NCBI GenBank assembly: GCA_965233585.1
Contig: CBDDTI010000745.1
Location: 32,001 to 96,000, forward strand
From: a bacterium
Lineage (GTDB): Bacteria > SAR324 > NAC60-12
Direction: 5' to 3'
DNA: 64,000 nucleotides
Below are positions 47,896 through 55,794 of the stretch, piece by piece. The stretch's first letter is position 1; every line of letters begins with the position of its first letter. Below the pieces are notes generated by a model, which was given only the letters and a program-made list of their open reading frames with translations, did not search any database and was not told where the DNA came from. Made by a program: the position numbers and the translations under genes.

Positions 47896-49623
47896 ATGGA
47901 AAAAAACTCACTTTTAGCAATCGTTTTATCTGTTTTGGTCATTGTTGGTTGGAGCTGGTTATTTCCCCCACCACCCCCTGTTCCGACTGCCCCAACACCA
48001 CAGCAAAGCACCCAAAACCAGACTGCCTCAACCCAACCTACACCCCAGCAGGCACTGCCAACAACTTCAGAAACTGCACCCTTACCGAACTTAAATTTAT
48101 CCTCAAATCAAGCAGAAAACATTACGATTGAAACTGAGCAATACATTGCGACTTTGTCTTCCCAAGGTGGTGTGCTTTCCAGTTTGCTTTTAAAAAATTA
48201 TGAACATTTCAAAAAAAATACAGGATTAGCAAATTGGATTCCACAACTTGAGTGGGTGTTTGGTCAATCTTCTCCTGACTTTCAGACTTCACAAAATCGT
48301 GTGGAAATGGTCAAAAAGCATTTTGACATTCCAACTTTAGGCGTGATTTTCCCAGACTCTCCTGAACTGACAAGAGAATTTAATGCACTGCCTTTTTATA
48401 GCAATACCTCTACTGATGAGCTAAAAACTTCAGATTTTCCCAAACAAGTTGTATTGACCTCTCCTGTGCATCGTGGTTTGCAAGTGATGAAAACCCTCAC
48501 TTTTTCAGCAGACAATTTTATTCTGAATTATGACGTTGCAGTGATCAATCGTTCAGAACAAGCCCGTCCAACTCAAATCCGCTTACAATTAGGAGAGGGC
48601 AGAATCCCTGAACTTGCTAAAAACCGCCCCATTGGTTACACGCACATTGGTCCTATGTATCTCATGGAAGAGGTAGAAACCACAGATTTTGATGAGTTAG
48701 TCGTCAATGATTTTGCAGTGCCACTGCAAGCAAAGTGGTTTGGGTTGACTGACCAATACTTCATTTCTGTTGCCAAAGCATTGAGTCCTATTGAGGGGGG
48801 GGTATTTTCTGCAAAATCTTCATCGGGTCGGTTAGTCAGCGAAACAGAAGCCTATGTCGGTGCTAATTTGCCTGCTGTCATCATTCAACCCAACAAAATG
48901 GTAGAGGCAAAGTTTCTGCTGTATTATGGACCAAAGAACCAAGATGACATGCAAAGTTTTGGAGACAAGCTAGAGCTTTCAATGGATTTGACGCTTGAAG
49001 TGGTGGCAATGCCTTTGCTTCAGTTGCTTCTTTGGATTGAGTCTTATGTTCATAACTACGGTATTGCGATTATTTTATTGACTGTGATTGTGAGAGTGGT
49101 GCTGTTTCCTATTACCTATCGTGGTTCAAAAAACATGAAACGTATGCAACAGCTTCAACCCAAAATCACCAAATTAAGAGACCGCTACAAAGATAAAAAA
49201 GAAAAGCTGAATACAGAGATGATGAGCCTTTTTAAACGAAACAAGGTGAATCCTGTCAGTGGCTGTTTACCAATGCTTTTGCAAATCCCAATCTTTTTTG
49301 GGTTGTATAGTGCGTTGTCTAGTGCAGTAGAATTGAGACATGAGCCATTTTTCTTATGGATGCACGATTTGTCTGCCCCTGATGGCTTTGGTGTGCTTCC
49401 TGTGGCGATGGGAGTCAGCATGTATTTTATTCAACGTATGACCCCAACAGGCATGATGGATCCGATGCAAGTGAAGATGATGCGGCTGTTCCCTTTGATT
49501 TTTACCGTCTTCACTTTTGGCTTTCCTGCAGGACTCACGCTTTATTGGGTCACAAGTAACATTTTGTCCATTGGGCAACAGTATGTCATCAATCGCATCA
49601 AACTCCCTGATGCCAAAGACTGA
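47896..49623 (+). CDS. yidC: Membrane protein insertase YidC
   Basis: NYG.AIILLT..VR, GCLP.LLQIPIFF.LY, W..DLS.PD, P.GL.LYW. Confidence 0.96.
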   Translation: MEKNSLLAIVLSVLVIVGWSWLFPPPPPVPTAPTPQQSTQNQTASTQPTPQQALPTTSETAPLPNLNLSSNQAENITIETEQYIATLSSQGGVLSSLLLKNYEHFKKNTGLANWIPQLEWVFGQSSPDFQTSQNRVEMVKKHFDIPTLGVIFPDSPELTREFNALPFYSNTSTDELKTSDFPKQVVLTSPVHRGLQVMKTLTFSADNFILNYDVAVINRSEQARPTQIRLQLGEGRIPELAKNRPIGYTHIGPMYLMEEVETTDFDELVVNDFAVPLQAKWFGLTDQYFISVAKALSPIEGGVFSAKSSSGRLVSETEAYVGANLPAVIIQPNKMVEAKFLLYYGPKNQDDMQSFGDKLELSMDLTLEVVAMPLLQLLLWIESYVHNYGIAIILLTVIVRVVLFPITYRGSKNMKRMQQLQPKITKLRDRYKDKKEKLNTEMMSLFKRNKVNPVSGCLPMLLQIPIFFGLYSALSSAVELRHEPFFLWMHDLSAPDGFGVLPVAMGVSMYFIQRMTPTGMMDPMQVKMMRLFPLIFTVFTFGFPAGLTLYWVTSNILSIGQQYVINRIKLPDAKD

Positions 49624-49668
49624 TTGGGTTAAAGGTCTGTCGCTCATTCTCATTCAATATGAGCATTT

Positions 49669-51516
49669 ATGAATTTAGAGTCAAATTTTTTCCGTCCTGT
49701 CAGGCAGTTTTTTCAAACTGACATCTTCCAATCCCGCCCTTCCTCCGATATTCCTAACACATTATGGACATTCATTTGGTATTACACTTGCCAATTTAAA
49801 GCACTTTTGTTGGCGATGGTCTTTCTATATGGTGGCTTAGCCATCACCAATAGCACTTTGTTTTGGTATGTGGGGGAATTGGTGCAAGATGGTCAATACA
49901 CATTGGCAATGATTGTTTTAGGGGTAGGTGTCATGCTCGGTTGGCTTTGCTTTCACTTCTTATCTGACGTGACCAATCTTTTGGTTTTTAGACCTTACAT
50001 GAGCAATCGCATCTTCCGTCAACTTTACTGGCATACTTGCAAACACAGCATTGCTTATTTCCAAAATGACTTTTCTGGCAGGCTTTCTACCAAAGTCAAT
50101 CAAACTGCCAATTCTGTGCGTGAATTTATTTTGACCGTGGTGAACGTCTTTTTATACATTGGCACGTTTTTCATCACCAACATCTGGTTCATGCAGAGAG
50201 TACACATGGCTTTTGCAGTCGCTCCTCTTCTTTGGGGAATTGGGTTTATCATCGTCATCAAGTGGCTTTCTTCTAAGTTGCGTCGGCGTGCCAAAGAACA
50301 AGCAGAAAGCACCAGCATTTTAAGAGGACATGTCGTAGATAGCTTTTCTAACATCATTGCCACCAAATATTTCAATCGCGGGGACTTTGAAGAAAGCCGC
50401 ATGATTCGCTTGTTAGAAAACCAGAGTCATGCCAACTTTAGAACGATGTCTGTCATGTGGTCTATCAGCACCCTCGTCAATGTCTTGAATACCTTTTTAT
50501 TGACTGCCACCGTGGCTGTTGGATACTGGTTGATTGAGTATCAACAAATCGTGGGCATTGAAAGTTTAGCCATGACTCTTCCTATGATTTTACAATCAGT
50601 CATGCAGTCCAGAAGATTGATGTTTGAAGCCTCTCGCTTGTCAGAAACAGTTGGCACGATAGAAGATGGCGTTCACACCTTGCTTGTTCCACACACCGTG
50701 CAAGATGAACCTCATGCCAAAGACTTGCTTATCACTCCACAAACGGCATCTATTGAATTTCAAAACGTCTGTTTTGCTTATCACCAAGCCAGTGAACCTG
50801 TTTTGAAGGATTTTCATCTGACAATCAAAGCGGGGGAAAAAGTTGGTTTGGTTGGGTCAAGTGGTGCAGGGAAAACAACACTCATCAATCTCATTTTACG
50901 TTCTTACGACATTGATTCAGGTCAGATTTTGGTAGCAAACCAAGACATTGCTCACCTCAAACAAAATCATCTACGTTCTCATATCAGCATCATCACGCAA
51001 GAAAGCTACCTATTCAATCGGAGTGTCAAAGACAACATTGCTTACGGAAGAAGCGATGTGAGTGATGATGAAATCATTGATGCGGCAAAACAAGCCTTTG
51101 CACATGAATTTATCATGGAACTGCTAGACCATCGTGGAAACAAAGGCTACGATGCAAGAGTTGGCGAACGGGGCGTCAAACTGTCAGGCGGACAAAAACA
51201 AAGGCTTAACATTGCACGTTCCATTCTTAAAAATGCCACAATCCTTTTGATGGACGAGGCAACCTCTGCTCTTGATAGCGAAAGTGAGTATGCCATTCAA
51301 CAAGCTCTGTCTTCTATCATACAAGGTAAGACTGTTTTGATGATTGCGCATCGGTTAAGCACTTTGTTATTGATGGACAAATTGGTTGTCATGGATCAAG
51401 GACAAATTGTAGAAATGGGGTCGCATCAAGAACTCCTTCAAAAAACTGACGGAATCTATGCAAAACTTTGGGCGATGCAGTCAGGGGGCTTTCTTCCTGA
51501 ACCTGACACGTTGTAA
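49669..51516 (+). CDS. ABC exporter, fused permease/ATPase
   Basis: Walker A GSSGAGKT, LSGGQKQR, LLMDEATSALD. Confidence 0.93.
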   Translation: MNLESNFFRPVRQFFQTDIFQSRPSSDIPNTLWTFIWYYTCQFKALLLAMVFLYGGLAITNSTLFWYVGELVQDGQYTLAMIVLGVGVMLGWLCFHFLSDVTNLLVFRPYMSNRIFRQLYWHTCKHSIAYFQNDFSGRLSTKVNQTANSVREFILTVVNVFLYIGTFFITNIWFMQRVHMAFAVAPLLWGIGFIIVIKWLSSKLRRRAKEQAESTSILRGHVVDSFSNIIATKYFNRGDFEESRMIRLLENQSHANFRTMSVMWSISTLVNVLNTFLLTATVAVGYWLIEYQQIVGIESLAMTLPMILQSVMQSRRLMFEASRLSETVGTIEDGVHTLLVPHTVQDEPHAKDLLITPQTASIEFQNVCFAYHQASEPVLKDFHLTIKAGEKVGLVGSSGAGKTTLINLILRSYDIDSGQILVANQDIAHLKQNHLRSHISIITQESYLFNRSVKDNIAYGRSDVSDDEIIDAAKQAFAHEFIMELLDHRGNKGYDARVGERGVKLSGGQKQRLNIARSILKNATILLMDEATSALDSESEYAIQQALSSIIQGKTVLMIAHRLSTLLLMDKLVVMDQGQIVEMGSHQELLQKTDGIYAKLWAMQSGGFLPEPDTL

Positions 51517-51543
51517 GCAACAGTGTTCAAAGGATTGCTTGAG

Positions 51544-52560
51544 ATGCTGTTCAAATGTCTCCAATTCCTTACCTTCCTTTTCCTTTTTCATCTTTTTTTG
51601 AAACAGACAGCCGATGCTACTGAGTATGGAGGGCTGGAGTGTTTTACTGTTGCATTGGCAGAGGGTTATGTTCCAGGGGCAGGTTATCTTTACACGAGGC
51701 AATGGGATAAAGTGGCAGTCTTTGGCTCTGTCCGTTGGTTAGCAAGACTCAAAAAAAGTGAGTTACAAGCAAAAGATGACTTCCAAAAGAACGTTGAGAA
51801 TAAGTACATTGAATATTTAGAACACCAAGAGACTGATGATGATGAAAATCCCGGAAGAACACATTACTTTTTCAATCGTTCTACTATGGACTTTCACGCT
51901 TACGATAACTTTGACGCCAAGATGGGTTGGGGAACAGGCTGGGATATTTATGCCCACGACTGCCAAAACAGCCCAGAGGTTTATGGTGTTATTGCCTCTC
52001 CTTTTGATGTCAAGCATTGGTATAGCAACTGGATGGTCTGGACGGGACTGGCTGTTGCCGTTTATGTAGGTATGAACAATGATGAATATCTCCATTTAGG
52101 AAGTGGTGCAACCCTCCAAGACTATTTGCAAGGGCAAACGTTTAGCTCAGTTGCCAATGGTTTTGGTGAAGAAGCTCTTTTGAGGGGCAGGATTCAAAAA
52201 GGCATGTCCGATTTTTTTGGTAATAGGCATATTGGCATTTGGGCGTCAAACTTTCTTTTCATGCTTCTTGACCATCAATACGGCATGCAAAATAGATTGG
52301 GTAACGCTTTAGTGGGTGTCTATTTCGGATATGTTTACCAGCCTAGTGACCAAGAACATGACTTAAAATCTGCTGTGGCACTGCACAGCTGGTGGAGCTT
52401 TATCCTCTATTCTTACCGTGCTAAGATGTACGAAGAACGTCAGGAGGCTTTTGATACTGCAAAAGATGGTAAGGAACTCACCAGAGACTTTTATGCAAGG
52501 CAAACCAAAATCCGTCAGACTCAAAAGTTTCAATTCATCAACTGGACTCTCACATTTTAA
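51544..52560 (+). CDS. CPBP/Abi (CAAX) intramembrane metalloprotease-like protein, copy 1 (motifs altered)
   Basis: EEALLRG present; FMLLDH and HSWWS deviate from FxxxH and HxxxN. Confidence 0.75.
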   Translation: MLFKCLQFLTFLFLFHLFLKQTADATEYGGLECFTVALAEGYVPGAGYLYTRQWDKVAVFGSVRWLARLKKSELQAKDDFQKNVENKYIEYLEHQETDDDENPGRTHYFFNRSTMDFHAYDNFDAKMGWGTGWDIYAHDCQNSPEVYGVIASPFDVKHWYSNWMVWTGLAVAVYVGMNNDEYLHLGSGATLQDYLQGQTFSSVANGFGEEALLRGRIQKGMSDFFGNRHIGIWASNFLFMLLDHQYGMQNRLGNALVGVYFGYVYQPSDQEHDLKSAVALHSWWSFILYSYRAKMYEERQEAFDTAKDGKELTRDFYARQTKIRQTQKFQFINWTLTF

Positions 52561-52564
52561 TCGT

Positions 52565-52711
52565 ATGAAACTCAAAACATTATTTTTACCCTTTAAACAA
52601 CTGTTGTCTGTCATCTCTTCAATGGCAACTTTGTCTTGCACACTGAGCTATGACCCTTTAAGCCAAAGAAAAAACTGTTTGAGATGCTGTTCAAATGTCT
52701 CCAATTCTTGA
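52565..52711 (+). pseudogene. 5' fragment of the 53693 lipoprotein gene carried along in a tandem duplication
   Basis: MKLKTLFLPFKQLLSVISSMATLSCTLSYDPL matches MKFKTLLLPLKRLLSIIPSMATLSCTLTYDPL then diverges. Confidence 0.8.
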
Positions 52712-53688
52712 CCTTTCTGTTCTTTCTCAATGGTCTTTTGAAACAGACAACCGATGCGGCTGAATATGGGAAAGTAGAGTGTTTTTCTGCTGCAGTGGTA
52801 GAGGTTTTTATCCCAGGAGTCGGTTATCTTTACACGGGACAATGGGATAAGGTGGCAGTCTTTGGCTCTGCTCGTTGGGTAGCAAAAGTCAAAAAAAGTG
52901 AGTTACAAGAGAACGATGACTTTCAAGAAGACATCTTGAGTTTGGAATACCAAGAGACTGGTGATGATGAAAATCCCGGAAGAACGCATGGCTTCTTGAA
53001 TCGTTCTACCATGAATTTTGACGCTTATGACAACTTTGACGTCAAAATAGGTTGGGGAACAGGCTGGGATATTTATGCCCACGACTGCCAAAACAGCCCA
53101 GAGGTTTATGATGTCATTGCTTCTCCTTTTGATATAGGGCATTGGTATGACAACTGGATGGTTTGGACGGGGCTGGCGGTTGTCATTTATTCAGGCATGA
53201 ACAGCGATGAATACCTCCACTTAGGAGGTGGTGCAACCCGTGAAGAATATTTACAAGGGCAGGTGTTCAGCTCATTGATTGCCAATGGTTTTGGTGAAGA
53301 AGCCCTTTTTAGAGGTGGACTGCAAAAGTCTCTGTTTGATTGGTCTGGCAATCGGCATGTTGCTATCTGGACGTCAAACGTTGTTTTTGGGCTTGCCCAT
53401 CAGACACACAACACACAGGACAAAATTGGTGCCGCCTTGATTGGTGTCTATTTCGGATATATTTACCAACCTAACGAGCAGGAATATGATTTAAAATCTG
53501 CTGTGGCTTTGCACGGCTGGTGGAACTTTATTCTCAATTATTATCGTGCTAAGATGTATGAAGAACGTCAGGAGGCTTTTGATACTGCAAAAGATGGTAA
53601 GGAACTTACCAGAGACTTTTATGCAAGGCAAACCAGAATACGGCAGACTCAAAAATTTCAACTCATCAACTGGACTCTCACATTTTAA
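52684..53688 (+). CDS. CPBP/Abi (CAAX) intramembrane metalloprotease-like protein, copy 2
   Basis: EEALFRG, FGLAH, HGWWN motifs all canonical. Confidence 0.8.
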   Translation: MLFKCLQFLTFLFFLNGLLKQTTDAAEYGKVECFSAAVVEVFIPGVGYLYTGQWDKVAVFGSARWVAKVKKSELQENDDFQEDILSLEYQETGDDENPGRTHGFLNRSTMNFDAYDNFDVKIGWGTGWDIYAHDCQNSPEVYDVIASPFDIGHWYDNWMVWTGLAVVIYSGMNSDEYLHLGGGATREEYLQGQVFSSLIANGFGEEALFRGGLQKSLFDWSGNRHVAIWTSNVVFGLAHQTHNTQDKIGAALIGVYFGYIYQPNEQEYDLKSAVALHGWWNFILNYYRAKMYEERQEAFDTAKDGKELTRDFYARQTRIRQTQKFQLINWTLTF

Positions 53689-53692
53689 TCGT

Positions 53693-54334
53693 ATGAAATT
53701 CAAAACACTACTTTTACCCCTCAAACGTTTGTTATCAATTATCCCTTCAATGGCAACTTTGTCTTGCACACTGACCTATGACCCTTTAAACCAAGATTAT
53801 GAGAAGATCCAATTCACTGTCAAAGGGCAATGTGCAGAAATGTCTGGCGTGATTGATAGTCAGATCTTGGACAAACTGAAAGCACTCAAAAAAGACGCCC
53901 CTCAAGTTCATACCATCATCATGCTTGACGTACCCGGGTCATTAGATGACGATGCCAATCTTGAGGCTGCTGATTACATTCGTAGCAAAGGGTTCAACAC
54001 ACATTTACCTGCACATGCCGAGATTTCTTCTGGTGGGACAGACTTCTTTTTGGCAGGGGTTCAAAGGAGTGTTGAAAAAGGAGCAAAAGTAGGTGTACAT
54101 TCTTGGGCAGGACAAGACGATGACGGCAACTGGATTTTTGCCAAAGACATTCCCAAAGATGATGAATCTCACCAACTATTTCTTGACTATTACAAAAAGA
54201 TAGGAATCTCTGAAGATTTTTATTGGTTCACTTTAGACGCAGCACCTGCTGATGACATACATTGGATGAACTGGGAAGAGATGCAAAAATATTCAGTCTT
54301 CAATTCATCAACCCCTCCCAACTGCAAAGAATAA
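53693..54334 (+). CDS. Lipoprotein with ClpP/crotonase-like domain (COG3904-like)
   Basis: ATLSC lipobox-like; PGS.DD, SGGTDFFLAG..R, VGVHSW. Confidence 0.7.
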   Translation: MKFKTLLLPLKRLLSIIPSMATLSCTLTYDPLNQDYEKIQFTVKGQCAEMSGVIDSQILDKLKALKKDAPQVHTIIMLDVPGSLDDDANLEAADYIRSKGFNTHLPAHAEISSGGTDFFLAGVQRSVEKGAKVGVHSWAGQDDDGNWIFAKDIPKDDESHQLFLDYYKKIGISEDFYWFTLDAAPADDIHWMNWEEMQKYSVFNSSTPPNCKE

Positions 54335-54378
54335 AGCCATTCTGGAAAGCCTGATTCCTCACTTTTTCCTCACTCCCC

Positions 54379-54790
54379 CGTCATTGCTCACCTTGACCCG
54401 CAATCTCCCTTCGTTTCATTCTGTTTTCACTCGTTTTTGAGATTCCGTGTCAGGCACCGAATGACAATAGTTGTCATTCCTGCGAAAGCTCCGAATCTAT
54501 GCTTGGTTTGGTGATAGATTCCGTGTCAGGCACGGAATGACTTAGAAGGTGCAGGCTTATCTTTTCGTCATTGCGGGCTTGACCCGCAATCTCACTCTTG
54601 TTTTTTGAGATTCCGTTCAAGCAAGGAATGACGGAGGGCGTTTGCAGGCTTGACCTGCAATCTCTTCTTTTCTCAATCTTCCCTTTTTCTTTTCTTCGTT
54701 GTAGGCTCGTTTTTTTGTCATTCCTGCGAAAGCAAGAATCCAGTCATGTAGGAATCTGTGCTATGTTGACGATGGATTCCGTGTCAAGCA
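54379..54790. repeat. REP-like palindrome cluster 7, last hairpin cut off at cas1
   Basis: CGTCATTGCTCACCTTGACCCGCAATCTC, GATTCCGTGTCAGGCACGGAATGAC, CGTCATTGCGGGCTTGACCCGCAATCTC. Confidence 0.9.
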
Positions 54791-55233
54791 GAGTGAAGGC
54801 AGATTCTATTAATTGTTTGCTGGATATTGGCTATACTTTGTTGTTTAACTTGATTGAGGCTCTTTTGCAGATTTACGGGTTTGATTTGTATCGTGGTGTG
54901 TATCACAAAGAGTTTTTTCAACGCAAGGCGTTGGTTTGTGATTTGATAGAGCCGTTCCGTCCTTTGATTGATTACAGGACACGCAAGGCGTATCAGCTGG
55001 GACAAGTGAAAGAAGAAGATTTTAAGGTCATCAACAATCAATATAAACTTTTTGGCAAAGACGCCAAGCCTTACACTCAACTTTATATGGAGGTTTTGCT
55101 GGAGTATAAGATAGAGATGTTTTTGTATATGCAAAGTTATTATCGTTCTTTTATGAGGGACAAGCCCATTGCGGACTACCCTGTTTTTAGCATGAGGCGT
55201 CAGGCAAAGAATGAAACCAAGCAAATTCAATAG
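54790..55233 (+). pseudogene. cas1: cas1 3' remnant (~147 aa)
   Basis: D.IN.LLDIGYT.LFN, G.YH..F..R.ALVCDL.EPFR..ID; upstream in-frame residues are translated REP DNA. Confidence 0.9.
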
Positions 55234-55245
55234 AGGAGGTATGAC

Positions 55246-55521
55246 ATGTTGATTGTGACGTATGATATTTCAGAGACACCTTTGCGGACAAGGTTCTCAG
55301 AGTTTCTTAAAAAATTTGGCTACCGTCTGCAATATTCAGTCTTTGAGATTGAAAATAGCAAACGAATTTTGGACTTGATTGAAACGCAGATAGAGACAGA
55401 CTTTAGCAAATCGTTTAGCCAGTCAGACAGCATCATCATTTTTAATTTAAGCCAACAATGCAAAATCACACGTTTTGGTTATGCCAAAAATGATGAGTCT
55501 GATTTGATAATGATCTCTTGA
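55246..55521 (+). CDS. cas2: CRISPR-associated Cas2
   Basis: MLIVTYDIS...RT.F..FLKKFG.RLQYSVFEI; GAGGAGG RBS. Confidence 0.95.
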   Translation: MLIVTYDISETPLRTRFSEFLKKFGYRLQYSVFEIENSKRILDLIETQIETDFSKSFSQSDSIIIFNLSQQCKITRFGYAKNDESDLIMIS

Positions 55522-55794
55522 CTTGTGAGATAAGAACGTTTAGAATGGCTGACTTGTCTATTAGGCTAAAGTCTATCGTGCTTTTTTAGGCAATTTTGGT
55601 CGCACTTTTAAAAGCCTTCTTTGGGTCTTGACTGTTGTCAATGTGTGGGGTGCGAAGTGAGGAGTGATACCGCTGATGGATCGCTTCTTTCTTGAAAAAT
55701 TGCAAACCTCGGTCTTAATGGCAGAAATCGCTCAAAATTCGCACTTTTGTCTTTGTTTTTTCACCAAGATATGCGGGTTGCAGGCATGTTATCT
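55518..55794 (+). promoter_or_regulatory. CRISPR leader with sigma70 promoter
   Basis: TTGACT(55518)-17 bp-TAGAAT(55541); non-coding region between cas2 and first repeat. Confidence 0.75.

Noticed and set aside
54598..54789. Novel N-terminal domain fused to Cas1
   Set aside because: These codons are translated REP palindromes, not protein-like sequence.
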